64,000 nt of DNA from a bacterium. GTDB lineage: Bacteria; UBA8248. The DNA lies in NCBI GenBank assembly GCA_965213685.1, contig CBDBZY010000031.1:96001-160000 (forward strand), read 5' to 3'. A program made the position numbers and the translations under genes. Of this stretch, positions 53,235-63,397 are shown in pieces. The first letter of the stretch is position 1; every line of letters begins with the position of its first letter. The notes beneath the pieces were generated by a model that worked only from the letters and a program-made list of their open reading frames with translations, did not search any database and had not been told where the DNA came from.

Positions 53235-54269
53235 CTATTTCGGGGCGGGGAAATGATTCCAGGCGAGATTTTCCAGCGCCGCCACCCCGTCGGCGCGCTT
53301 CACGGAAACGCCTCTTGCGGACGGCACGATCTCTCCGACGGGCGTGAGCGGCCCCCCGCCCGCCCGCCGGACGACCTCCTGCAGCGCGCGAACGGACTCT
53401 GGCGGAGCGGTGAGGAGGAGCTCGTAATCCTCTCCGCCATGCAGCACCCACTCCAGGGGGGCGCGCGCCGCGGCGGACGCCGCCTCGGACAGCGCGGCGG
53501 AGACGGGCAACGCCTGCTCCCAGAGGACGGCGCCCACCCCGCTCGCCGCGCAGAGGTGATGGATGTCGCCCGCCAGACCGTCGCTGATGTCCATCATGGA
53601 CGTGGCCAACCCCGATTCCGCGATGGCCATCCCCTCCGCGACGCGAGGACGCGGCCGCAACTGCGCGGAGGTGAGCCGCGCGTATGACGCATCCGCGAGC
53701 CGGTTCCGCGGACGGGACAACAAATGCAGCCCGGCGGCGGCATCGCCCAAATGCCCCGTCACCAGAATCCGCTCCCCGGGGCGGGCGCCGCTGCGGCACA
53801 GGACGTTTTCCCGCATCATCTCGCCAACGACGAACACGTCGATGAACAGGGGACCTTCCGTGCGCGTGACGTTCCCGCCCAAAACGAGGACGCCGTATCG
53901 CTCCGCCAGCGCGCGCACCCCCTCATACGCATCATCGAGAAACGAGACCGCCGTATCTTCGGGGACGCCCAGGGAGATGAGCGCGAAGCGCGGCCTCCCG
54001 CCCATGGCCGACACGTCGCTCAGGTTCACCGCCAGCGACTTGTGGCCCACGGAGAAGCCGGAGGCGTCCGCGGAGGATGGAAAATGCACGCCGCCCACCT
54101 GCGCGTCGCACGTCATCACCCAGCATTTTTCGCCACCCGCCCCGATGACGGCCGCATCGTCCCCGTTGCCGACGAGGACGTCCGCGCCCGCGCGCGCCGG
54201 GCCGAGTTTGCCTCTCAGGCGCTCTATCAGGGCGAACTCGCCGACCCCCCCCGCCGATTCGACGCTCAC
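53235..54269 (-). CDS. thiL: Thiamine-monophosphate kinase
   Basis: GEFALIERL, GDDAA, VNLSDVSAMG, MDISDGL and GGEDYELL motifs. Confidence 0.95.
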   Translation of the reverse strand: MSVESAGGVGEFALIERLRGKLGPARAGADVLVGNGDDAAVIGAGGEKCWVMTCDAQVGGVHFPSSADASGFSVGHKSLAVNLSDVSAMGGRPRFALISLGVPEDTAVSFLDDAYEGVRALAERYGVLVLGGNVTRTEGPLFIDVFVVGEMMRENVLCRSGARPGERILVTGHLGDAAAGLHLLSRPRNRLADASYARLTSAQLRPRPRVAEGMAIAESGLATSMMDISDGLAGDIHHLCAASGVGAVLWEQALPVSAALSEAASAAARAPLEWVLHGGEDYELLLTAPPESVRALQEVVRRAGGGPLTPVGEIVPSARGVSVKRADGVAALENLAWNHFPAPK

Positions 54270-54910
54270 CCCCTCGCCCTCTCCACGCGGTCCCGCAATT
54301 CCCTGGCCGCGGCTTCCGGGTCGGGCGCCCCCATCACCGCCCCGATCACGGCGACGCCGGATGCGCCGGCCGCCATCAGGGACTCCACGTTCTCGACCCC
54401 GATCCCCCCGATGGCGACGGCGGGCAATCCGGGAGCCCGCTCGATGATTTTCCGGAATCCCTCCGGCCCGATCGGCGCCCGCGCGTCCGCCTTGCTCCCC
54501 GTCGCGTAGACTGGACCCACGCCGATATAGTCCGCACCCTCGCCGGCGGCCCGCGCCGCCCATTCCGATTTTCCGGCCGTCACGCCGTAGAACAGCGCTT
54601 CGCCGGCCATCGCCCTGGCCCTCAGAAGCGGAAAATCCTCTTGCCCCAGGTGCACGCCGTCCGCACCGGAGGCCATCGCCACATCCACCCGGTCGTTCAC
54701 TGTAAAGGCGCAATCCGCTCCCTCCAGCGCCTCGCGCAGCTCATCCGCCAGACGAAGCGTCTCCATTCCGCTCATATGTTTCTCGCGGAGCTGAATCATG
54801 CTCGCCCCGCCCATCGCGGCGGCGCGCACCGCGTCCCTGAGCGCCCACCCGGAAGCCCGGGACAACATCCTCCGGTCGGTGATGACGATCAACGATGGGT
54901 CGAATCTCAT
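54266..54910 (-). CDS. thiE: Thiamine-phosphate synthase
   Basis: QLREK, NDRVDVA, GVHLGQED, GPVYATGSK and AIGGI motifs. Confidence 0.95.
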   Translation of the reverse strand: MRFDPSLIVITDRRMLSRASGWALRDAVRAAAMGGASMIQLREKHMSGMETLRLADELREALEGADCAFTVNDRVDVAMASGADGVHLGQEDFPLLRARAMAGEALFYGVTAGKSEWAARAAGEGADYIGVGPVYATGSKADARAPIGPEGFRKIIERAPGLPAVAIGGIGVENVESLMAAGASGVAVIGAVMGAPDPEAAARELRDRVERARG

Positions 54911-55003
54911 GACGTCCCCGAACGGGCGAGACGAAAAGGCACCCCCGCCGCCATGACGGGCAAGGGCGACGTCGACGCGCGTCGGGCGGCCTCCTCCGGC
55001 ATC

Positions 55004-55612
55004 TTACGGAGACAAACCGGCCGCTTTCCCATCGGCGGCGGCGGGTTCGCGGGCGGCCGTTTTCCCCTGAAGCAGACGGCGTATCATCCCGCTCGCCCGG
55101 GCGCCGCTCCAGTCCGCGGTCCCCACGGCCCAGGCGGCCAGCCGCTGCTCGCGGTCGATGAGATAGACCGTCGGCACGAAGCGCACGTTGTGCGTCTGGC
55201 GAGACGTCCAGTCCCGGTCGTGCAGAACCGGATAGTTCAGACCTTTCCCCCTGGCCCACCTTTCCACAAGGCCTGCGCCCGCCCCGTCCACGGAAACGGC
55301 CAGAACCGTGAAATCCTCGCCCCCGTATTTCTTTTGCAGGGCGGAGAACTTGGGCATCTCCTTGTCGCACATCGGGCACCACGTGGCGAAGAAGGCGAGC
55401 AACACCACCTTCCCCCGAAAATCCCCGAGGTTGCGGGGATTTCCGGCGAGGTCCGGATATTGAAAATCCGGCGGCGGCACAGCGTTCTCCGGCGCCGCCC
55501 GCAGAACGTGGAAACGGCTTCTCTGCGCGTCGGCGGGAGAAGCCAGCATCCCCAGAAAAAGCAAGGCGGCCAGGGCGAAGACGTGAGGTCGGGAGAGCGG
55601 AATTGGTCGCAT
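55004..55612 (-). CDS. TlpA-family thiol-disulfide oxidoreductase (exported)
   Basis: GKVVLLAFFATWCPMCDKEMP and VPTVYLID motifs; signal/TM N-terminus. Confidence 0.9.
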   Translation of the reverse strand: MRPIPLSRPHVFALAALLFLGMLASPADAQRSRFHVLRAAPENAVPPPDFQYPDLAGNPRNLGDFRGKVVLLAFFATWCPMCDKEMPKFSALQKKYGGEDFTVLAVSVDGAGAGLVERWARGKGLNYPVLHDRDWTSRQTHNVRFVPTVYLIDREQRLAAWAVGTADWSGARASGMIRRLLQGKTAAREPAAADGKAAGLSP

Positions 55613-55757
55613 GACGCTTCCTCGTGTACACTGGAAGATGCCGTTCGCAAGATACCACATTTCTGCCCGTGCGAACCACGGCCCGTGCGAACCACGCAAG
55701 CGGGCGTCGCGCGGAATCCGGGCGGAAAGGGGATACATAATAAGGGGAGCGCCGGTC

Positions 55758-56618
55758 ATGTGGTCCATCCTGGTCGCGTTCTCGCTCCTCGCACTCCCCC
55801 CTCCCGCAGAGGGGGCGGCCCGCCGTTGCGCGGAGGATGCGGGCGTCGTCAGAATCCCGCCGGGCGCCTTCTGGATGGGCAGCGACAGGGCCGAGCGGGA
55901 CTATGGCTATCGAATCGGGAGCCGCGCCGCGCGCGCGGGGGGCTGGTTCGACAACTGGGAGCGTCGGCGCAAGCGCGTCGCCCTGCCCGAATACTTCATC
56001 GACAAGAATCTGGCGACCCAGGCCGCATACCGCCGCTTCATCCGGGCGAGCGGCCATCGCGCGCCCTTCATCTCGGCGGGGGACTATCAGCGCCAGGGCT
56101 ACCTCGTCCACCCGTATGCGTCCGTTCGCCGCTACCTTTGGACTGAAGACGAAAACGGCAGGCCCACCTACCCGGAGGGCCTCCGGCATCACCCGGTCGT
56201 GCTCGTGAGCCAATCGGACGCGGAGGCCTATTGCGCCTGGCGGGGCGGAAAATCCGCGGGGCGATACCGCCTGCCCACAGAGGCGGAATGGGAAAAGGCG
56301 GCGCGCGGCGCCGACGCCCGGTATTTCCCCTGGGGGAGCGCATTCGACCCCCGGCGCCTGAACCACGCCTACGCGGTGGGCGCCACGACGCCCGCAGGCG
56401 CATATCCGCAGGGAAGAAGCCCGTATGGCGTCCTCGACATGGCGGGAAACGTTTTTGAATGGACGTCGACCCCGTTTTCCCCATCAACCGCCACGATGAA
56501 AGGCGGCGGCTCCTGGGACGACCAGCCAGGCATCACGCGGGCGGCCGCCCGCCATGGCCGCGACCCGAAGGCCAGGCACTTGCTTTTTGGCTTTCGGTGC
56601 GTTTGCGCGAACCGATGA
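55758..56618 (+). CDS. Exported formylglycine-generating enzyme (SUMF1/FGE-sulfatase) domain protein
   Basis: PGAFWMGS, HPVVLVS, RLPTEAEWEKAARG, DMAGNVFEW and GFRC motifs. Confidence 0.9.
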   Translation: MWSILVAFSLLALPPPAEGAARRCAEDAGVVRIPPGAFWMGSDRAERDYGYRIGSRAARAGGWFDNWERRRKRVALPEYFIDKNLATQAAYRRFIRASGHRAPFISAGDYQRQGYLVHPYASVRRYLWTEDENGRPTYPEGLRHHPVVLVSQSDAEAYCAWRGGKSAGRYRLPTEAEWEKAARGADARYFPWGSAFDPRRLNHAYAVGATTPAGAYPQGRSPYGVLDMAGNVFEWTSTPFSPSTATMKGGGSWDDQPGITRAAARHGRDPKARHLLFGFRCVCANR

Positions 56619-56801
56619 GGCCGCATTCTCCAAGAAGCGGCGCCGCGACCGGTCTGTCCGGAACACGGGGGAACGCTCCCGCATTCCACGCCGCCGCCCG
56701 ACGCGGAGCGTTCCCATGCGCCGACAAATGCGCCATATTCCCCCTTGGGCGTTGCGCCCCCGGCAGAGAATCTCCTTTCCCCGTTTGCGCAGGAGCGCGC
56801 C

Positions 56802-57401
56802 ATGACCTGGATAGAGCCCATCTCCCCGGACGCTGCGGAGGGGGCGACGAAAAAAATTCTCGAAGACCTGCGCGCGGCGAGAAAAGCGGTTCCCAGGCTC
56901 TTTCTCCAGATGGGCCGAAGGCCCGGCGTTCTGGCCGGACGCGAGACGCTCCGCCGCTCGGTCCACGGCGGCTCCAGCCTGGGCAGGAGGCGAGAGGAGC
57001 TGCTCGCCTTCTATCTGGCGGCCCACGGCGGGTGATACGGCTGAGCGATGAACCACGGGCAGTTGTTCCGTGACGCGTGCGATGACGTCTCCATCGCCGA
57101 AGTGGCCGAGATACTCGACGCGCCCGCCCGGGCGCGAGCGCTCGACTCGGCGGACCGCGCCATGCTCGCGTATGCGGCAAAAATGACCCGCGCGCCTCGT
57201 CAACTGAGCGAAAGCGACATCGCGCGCTTGCGGCGCGCCGGCTTCAGCGAGGACAATGTGGTCGACATCATCGCGGCCGCGGCCTACAGAAACTTCGCCA
57301 ACGCCATCAACCACGCCTACGGGTACGTAGAGCAAAATCCCGAAGGCCCCGCAGAGTTGCAGGCCGCCATCCAGAGGTTGAAAAGGAAAATCGGTGGATA
57401 A
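56802..57401 (+). CDS. AhpD-like peroxidase-related selenoprotein with UxxU (two Sec)
   Basis: ORFs ending 57035 and starting 57048 are one frame: REELLAFYLAAHGG-TGA-Y-G-TGA-AMNHG, the AhpD CxxCxxxH position; C-half DRAMLAYAAKMT..DIARLRRAGFSED..AAYRNFAN; AGGAG RBS. Confidence 0.8.
57054..57072 (+). promoter_or_regulatory. Putative SECIS hairpin
   Basis: CACGGG-CAGTTGT-TCCGTG; loop starts about 15 nt after the second TGA and about 24 nt after the first. Confidence 0.55.
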
Positions 57402-58143
57402 AAAATCCCGCGCCCTCTCCTCCGCCTCCTGGCTGGGCCTGTTCGTATCGCTCGCCTGCGCATTGGCCGCCCTGGCGTCGGGGATGGGCCATCGCTGGGG
57501 CTTGTGGGATTTCGGCGCGGGGTTCCAGATTCTGAAGGCCGCCTCCATCGTCGCGCTCCTCTCCGTGGCCGTCTCCATGACGGGGGGAGTGTTCGCCCTG
57601 CGCGACGCCGCCAGAGCTAGGACGCTGGCCGCCGCCGCCGGCGTCGCACTCGGCTTCGGCGTGGCGGGCTTTCTCCACGCGCAAATGCAGATCGCCAGAC
57701 GGGTGCCCAGAATTCACGACATCACGACGGACGCGAAAAACCCGCCCGCCTTCCGGGCCCTCCTCCCGCTGAGAGAGGGGGCGAAAAACCCGCCCGCCTA
57801 CGAGGGGGCGCGCGTCGGACGGCTCCAGCACAAGGCGTATCCCGACATCGCGCCGCTCCTCTCCCGGGAGTCCAGGAGAGAGGTTTTCGGGCGCGCTCTG
57901 GCGGCCGCGCGCGCCATGGGCTGGCGGGTGGTGGCTTCCGACCCGGAGGAAGGACGCATCGAGGCGTATGACGAGACGTTCTGGTATGGCTTCATCGATG
58001 ACGTCGTCATCCGGATAACGTCGGAGGATGGAGCGACGCGCCTCGACATCCGCTCGAAATCCCGCGTGGGCGTGGGCGACGTCGGAGCGAACGCCAGGCG
58101 GATTCGCGGCTTTTTCCAAAAAATGAAAACTGCGATACACTGA
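57394..58143 (+). CDS. DUF1499 domain membrane protein
   Basis: N-terminal TM segments; PRIHDITTD, YPDIAP, GFIDDVVIRI and DIRSKSRVGVGDVGANARRI motifs. Confidence 0.88.
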   Translation: MDKKSRALSSASWLGLFVSLACALAALASGMGHRWGLWDFGAGFQILKAASIVALLSVAVSMTGGVFALRDAARARTLAAAAGVALGFGVAGFLHAQMQIARRVPRIHDITTDAKNPPAFRALLPLREGAKNPPAYEGARVGRLQHKAYPDIAPLLSRESRREVFGRALAAARAMGWRVVASDPEEGRIEAYDETFWYGFIDDVVIRITSEDGATRLDIRSKSRVGVGDVGANARRIRGFFQKMKTAIH

Positions 58144-58214
58144 GGGCCTCTGCTTTTTCTGGCGAGGATGCGCCATGAGAGGATGGCGCCTCGAACATCC
58201 TGACGAGGAAGCGG

Positions 58215-60537
58215 ATGTCTGATTATCAGGTGCTGGGCAAACCCATCCCCAGGCTCGACTCGGCGGAGAAAGTCTCCGGATTCGCCGATTTTGGCGACGA
58301 TTTGCAAAGGCCCGGCCGCCTCGTCGCGAAATTGCTCCTCAGCCCGCACGCCCACGCCAAAATCCGGAAAATCGACGCCCGCGCGGCCCGGCAAGTCCCT
58401 GGCGTCCACGCCGTCGTCACGGCGGAGGATTTCTCCGGCATTCGCCACGGGAGGCTCGTGCGCGACGAGCCGCTGCTGGCCATCGACAAGGTGCTGTATA
58501 TCGGCGAGCGGGTGGCGGCCGTCGCCGCCGAGACCCCGGAGGCCGCGCAGGCGGCGATCGAGAAAATCCGTGTGGACTATCAAACCCTCCCCGCCGTGTT
58601 CACGACGGAGGACGCCCTCCAAGACGGGGCACCGCTCCTCCATGAGTCGCTGGATGATTTCATATCGTTTCCGGGCATCGTCCGCTATGGAAACGTGGCC
58701 GCGGAGATTCTCGTGCGCTCGGGCGATCCCGTCGAGGACGCGCTGGCGCGCGCCGATTTCGTCTTTGAGGACGCATACGAAACGCCCCGCGTTCACCAGA
58801 ATTATCTCGAACCGCGCGCCATGCTCGCCGAGCCCGGCCCCGAGGACAGCACGATCGTGCATTCCCCCACCCAGGCGGCCTTCGTGGTGCGCGCCATCTG
58901 CGCGGAAATCCTCGAACTGCCCATGAACAAGCTGCGCGTGGTGAGCACCCACGTGGGAGGGGCCTTTGGCGGCAAATCCCAGCACCTGCTGGAAGCCGTG
59001 GCCGTTCTGCTGAGCAGAAAGACGAACCGGCCCGTTCAGCTGACCCTCAGCCGCGAGGAGGAGACCATCACCGGAAACCCGAGACACGCCTACCACATGC
59101 GCTATCGGACGGGCGTGACCGGGGAGGGGAGGATCATCGCGCGCCATGTGGAAATCACATCGAACAACGGCGCCTATTGCATGACGGGGCCCATGGTGCT
59201 GGGAAAGTCCTGCTACACCAGCGGGGGGCCATACAAGATTCCCCACGTCCGGGTCGACGGCCTCCTCGTATATACGAACCTGCCCCCCAGCGGCTCCTAC
59301 CGGGGGCTGGGCGTGGCGCAGGTCGCCTTCGCCTGCGAGCGTCACACCGACCGCATCGCCTCCGAACTGCGAATGGACCCCCTCGCCTTTCGGCTCCGCA
59401 ACGCGATGGATGAAAACGACCGCGACCCCGCCGGCACGATCCTGCAAAGCGTGAGCATCAAGGAAACGCTGGAGTGCGCGGGCAGGCGGGCCGGCTGGAA
59501 GGAGCGGAGCGGCAAGCGCCGGGGCGGCGGCAGAATCCGGCGGGGGCGGGGCATCGGCTGCGCGCGCTACCCCACGGGGGGCGGCGCGTCGGGGGCTGTC
59601 GTGAAGGTGAACGAGGATGGCGGCCTCGCCGTGCTGGCCGGGTGCTCCGACCTGGGCACGGGAGCGGCCACCCTGATGGCGCAGGTGGCGGCGGAGGTCC
59701 TCCAGTCGGAGGTTGCGAAGGTGCGCGTTCACGTCGCCGACACCGAAACCACGCCCTTTGACGCCATCACCGCCGGCAGCCGAACCACGTTCAACATGGC
59801 ACACGCAGTGCGCATGGCGGCGGAGGACGCGCGGGAGCAGATGCTGCGCCAGGCGGCGCGCACCCTCGAATCCTCGCCGGAGGATTTGGACATCGGCGAG
59901 GGGAACATATTCGTGCGCTCGGCGCCCTCGCGCGCCATTCCGTTCGCCGAGGTGGCGCACGCGGCCGTCTGGAAGGGCGACGGCCCCGTGACGGGGCGCG
60001 GCGCCTACCGCGGAGAGAATCCGCCCCACCGGGCACACAACGTGCGGGGGCATCCGGAACCATCGAGGCCGGGGCCGGAATTCGCCACCCAGATCGCCGA
60101 GGTCGAAGTCGACGTCGAGACGGGAGAAACCTCGGTCGTGCGGATCACCAGCGCGCAAGACGTGGGCTTCGCCATGAACCCCCTCACCCTGAACGGCCAG
60201 ATAGAGGGGGGGCATCGCGCAGGGGCTGGGCTGGGCGCTGGCCGAGCGGATTCACCATGAGGGCGGCCTCATCACCCACCCGGACTTCGAGAGCCAGCTC
60301 AATCCCACGAGTCTGGACGTCTCGGACGTCGAGAGCGTGATCGTGGAATCGCCCGACGCGGAGGGCCCCTTTGGCGCGAAAGGAGCGGGGGAGATGCCGC
60401 TCATTCCGGCTGCGCCCGCCATCGCCAACGCGATTGCCGACGCCATCGGGGATCCGGCGAACCCGCACCTCAACAGGCTGCCCATCGCACCGGAAGACAT
60501 CGTCCGCGCGGTTCGGGAGAACAGCCCCGCCCCCTAG
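58215..60537 (+). CDS. Xanthine dehydrogenase-family molybdopterin-binding (large) subunit, frameshift in the G run near 60206-60212
   Basis: SPHAHAKI, GGAFGGK, YRGLGVAQ, DLGTG, AGSRT, NP...GQIEGG and FGAKGAGE (catalytic Glu) motifs. Confidence 0.93.
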
Positions 60538-60538
60538 T

Positions 60539-61822
60539 CTATTCGTTTTTCAACGCGAACGTTTCGTCGTAAATATCAAAGCTGGAAGACGCCGCCATAT
60601 CCCGCGCCCGCGCGATGAGCCGGCGCGACAACGCGGAGATATTCGGGTTTTTGAGGAAATTGACGTAGAAGCCGTGATAAAAGGCGTCGGGCCGCACATG
60701 CACGCGCACCCGGAGCCGCACGGCGCCCTTCGCGCGCCTCCTTCCATATCGGAACGTGATGGATTTTTGCGGGGGAATGCGCGTGTCATATATCTCGCGA
60801 CGAAAATCCGGCGATAGTTTCCGCTCCATCACGTCCACCTGCCTCGAACCCGGTATGGTCTCTCCCTTCTCGTCCTCCATCTCGGAGATGAGGTCCACGG
60901 CGGGCGTGATGTAGGTGGGAAAATAATGACCGGCCCCTGAATTCGTGATCGTGATCCGGGCGGCGACGCGCTCCCCCGGGACCTTCTCGTCGAGTGCGAC
61001 GTCTATCTGCACGGCACCCTGGGTCATCTCCTTGTCATGGATTCCCCGCCACAGATGCGCGCGCCCGGGCATGTGGCAACTCTGGCAGGCGACGCCCTCC
61101 GCACCCCAAAGCGAGTTTTTCCATTCATTGTATGTATTCTGAATCGGCTTTCCGTTCGGCCCGGCGAACGTGTGCTGGTGGCAGCCCATGCAAAACTCCG
61201 CGCGGCTGAAGAAAGGCGTGCGCTCCACTCCGGCGTGCGGGCCGCTGCTCGTCGCGTCGTTCACCCCCTCCGGGGTATCCTTCTTGGGCGGGCCATGCAC
61301 CCTCCACTGCCGCACATGACATGCGGCACAGGCCAGGCCATGCATCTCCAGCTGCGGGTCGTGCGTCGGGTTTTTCCCCCAACGCGCAAAGGGGCCCACG
61401 CCCAGCTTCGCCTTTTTCTGCTGCTCCGCCAGAGGCGCGTGGCATTCGTTGCAGTCCCGCGCCCCCTCGGGATCCGTCTCCCACATATCGACGAGTTGTC
61501 CATAGAAGCCCGGGCTCATCGCCTTGGCGTGAAGGGTGGTTCGCCACTGCTTGTACTGCTCGGGATGGCAGCCCCCGCAACTCTCGGGCCGAAGGGAGCG
61601 CTCGGCGCCCTCGTATGATTTGGGCGCCTCGCCCATGGGAGGCAGCGGATAGCGAAAATGCGCGTCCACAAAATCTCGCCAATCCTTCCATTTTCCGGGA
61701 CGCGCCTCCTTCCCCGCCGCCTCGACGGAGGGGTGGGCGGGCGCATCCGGCGCATCCTGCGAGACGCAGGGGATGAGGACGAAGAAAATACCGAGAACGG
61801 CTATCCTGAACGCAAAACGCAT
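60539..61822 (-). CDS. Exported pentaheme c-type cytochrome (c554-like N-terminal domain)
   Basis: CGGCH, CNECH, CAACH, CMGCH and CQSCH; signal peptide; GAGHYFPT. Confidence 0.88.
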   Translation of the reverse strand: MRFAFRIAVLGIFFVLIPCVSQDAPDAPAHPSVEAAGKEARPGKWKDWRDFVDAHFRYPLPPMGEAPKSYEGAERSLRPESCGGCHPEQYKQWRTTLHAKAMSPGFYGQLVDMWETDPEGARDCNECHAPLAEQQKKAKLGVGPFARWGKNPTHDPQLEMHGLACAACHVRQWRVHGPPKKDTPEGVNDATSSGPHAGVERTPFFSRAEFCMGCHQHTFAGPNGKPIQNTYNEWKNSLWGAEGVACQSCHMPGRAHLWRGIHDKEMTQGAVQIDVALDEKVPGERVAARITITNSGAGHYFPTYITPAVDLISEMEDEKGETIPGSRQVDVMERKLSPDFRREIYDTRIPPQKSITFRYGRRRAKGAVRLRVRVHVRPDAFYHGFYVNFLKNPNISALSRRLIARARDMAASSSFDIYDETFALKNE

Positions 61823-62144
61823 CGCACGCTTCCTGAGCCGGCGGCCGGCCTGCGCGTTCCATCTATTTTTGCGGCGCGACATTCGCGCGAAGACGCGCCG
61901 GAGCGGGAAAAACGCAAGGAATTGTAGCGTCCCCGTCCGTCTGTTTCCAGCGGGCATCCAGACCGCCCCCCTTTCCCGAGGGGGGTGCGCTCCGCCGCCA
62001 AAGGAGCCGGTGGTTCGTCGCCTGCGAAAAACGACGCCCTCCCGGTGCGGGCGCGGCGACTTTTACTTGCGGGATGGAATCCGATAGGGTCTGTGCGTCC
62101 AGACGACCGATTCCGACGCTTCCCGCCGAACCTGGAGTCCTGTG

Positions 62145-62639
62145 ATGAATCTCGCCATACGCCCGGCCACCCCTGCGGACTCGGAGAAAATCATCGCATT
62201 CAACATGGAGATGGCGTGGGAGAGCGAAAGCCTGCGCCTCGACCGCGCGACAGTCCGCCGGGGAGTGGAAAAATCCCTCTCCGACCCATCGCTGGGCCGA
62301 TACTATCTCGCGCATCTCGGAGGCGAAACGCTGGGCCAGATTCGGGTCACCCTGGAGTGGAGCGACTGGAACAACGCGCATTACTGGTGGATTCAGAACG
62401 TATACGTCATCCCCTCTGCGAGAAGGCAGGGGGTCTACAGCGCCCTGCACCATTACGTGAAAAATCTCGCCGGCGGGGCGGGCGCCTGCGGCCTGCAGCT
62501 ATACGTGGACGCGCAAAACGCGGACGCGCAGCGGGCCTACGAAAGGCTGCGCATGGAGCAAAGCCACTATCTGATTTTCGAGCAGGTCGCAGAGGGGAAG
62601 AACCGCCAGGAGAAGCGCCGCGCCCCCTCATCCGCATGA
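62145..62639 (+). CDS. GNAT-family N-acetyltransferase
   Basis: IRPAT, EWSDW, WIQNVYV, RRQGVY and NADAQRAYERL motifs. Confidence 0.9.
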   Translation: MNLAIRPATPADSEKIIAFNMEMAWESESLRLDRATVRRGVEKSLSDPSLGRYYLAHLGGETLGQIRVTLEWSDWNNAHYWWIQNVYVIPSARRQGVYSALHHYVKNLAGGAGACGLQLYVDAQNADAQRAYERLRMEQSHYLIFEQVAEGKNRQEKRRAPSSA

Positions 62640-62727
62640 TGGCCCGGCCTCTCGCATGCGGCGGAGGGCGTCGTCCGCCGCCGTCCCCGCCCCGAGCGAC
62701 GCGAATCCCGGGACGTTCGGGGGGAGG

Positions 62728-63222
62728 CTAGCGCCCTTCTTGATTTCTCTTGAGGGGGATGACGTCGGCAGGTTTCCGCGCGCCCTTGCGGCGGCTCGCC
62801 CGCCAGGAGGGAGGCCAGACATAACGCACCCGCCACGCGGCGCGCGCCGCGCCTCCCACCACCCACGTGGCGACGCTTCCCGCGGCGCGGGTTCTTTGTC
62901 CCAGCGAGCGGAACGCCTTTTTCCCGCCCTCCTCGCCGATGGAGACGAGGCGCGACGTCGCCTCCCGCGCCGCGCCAATCGGCCGAAGCGCCTGGGCGAT
63001 GGCCTGGCGCAAAACCCACCGAATCATCCAGCAGAACAAGACGGAAAGCGCCAGAAAGACGCCCAGCACCTTGAACCCCCGTTCGGGTTCATCCACTATC
63101 ATCACGCTCGTCTGGGCGATGCCGTAAAACGCCAGACCCACCATCGCCAGGCCAACGGCCACGGCACCGCCCGAGCGCGTTATCACCCGCAAGAGGCCAA
63201 ACATCCCCATCTCCCAGGACAT
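62728..63222 (-). CDS. Hypothetical two-TM membrane protein (start uncertain)
   Basis: Two hydrophobic segments followed by an amphipathic, HAMP-like stretch. Confidence 0.45.
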   Translation of the reverse strand: MSWEMGMFGLLRVITRSGGAVAVGLAMVGLAFYGIAQTSVMIVDEPERGFKVLGVFLALSVLFCWMIRWVLRQAIAQALRPIGAAREATSRLVSIGEEGGKKAFRSLGQRTRAAGSVATWVVGGAARAAWRVRYVWPPSWRASRRKGARKPADVIPLKRNQEGR

Positions 63223-63317
63223 GCCGATGCGAGAGAACCTCCTCGATGCGCCCACCATACCCCATTTCCCCAACCGAAATCCAGCGCGAGTGCCTCACGT
63301 CCTGCGAGGCGTTTCCG

Positions 63318-63346
63318 TTGACGCGCGAAAACTCTCGTTTTATGTT
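63318..63346 (+). promoter_or_regulatory. Sigma70-like promoter of serS
   Basis: TTGACG-17 nt-TATGTT. Confidence 0.6.
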
Positions 63347-63397
63347 CACTGTCCCGGGCGCGAACGCCGCGACGCCTCGCCGTGAAGGAGCCGGAAA

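Noticed and set aside
55758-56618. FGE-domain gene as selenoneine/ergothioneine synthase (SenA/EgtB)
   Set aside because: No N-terminal DinB-like domain or HxxxHxE iron motif; it has a signal peptide and no adjacent senB
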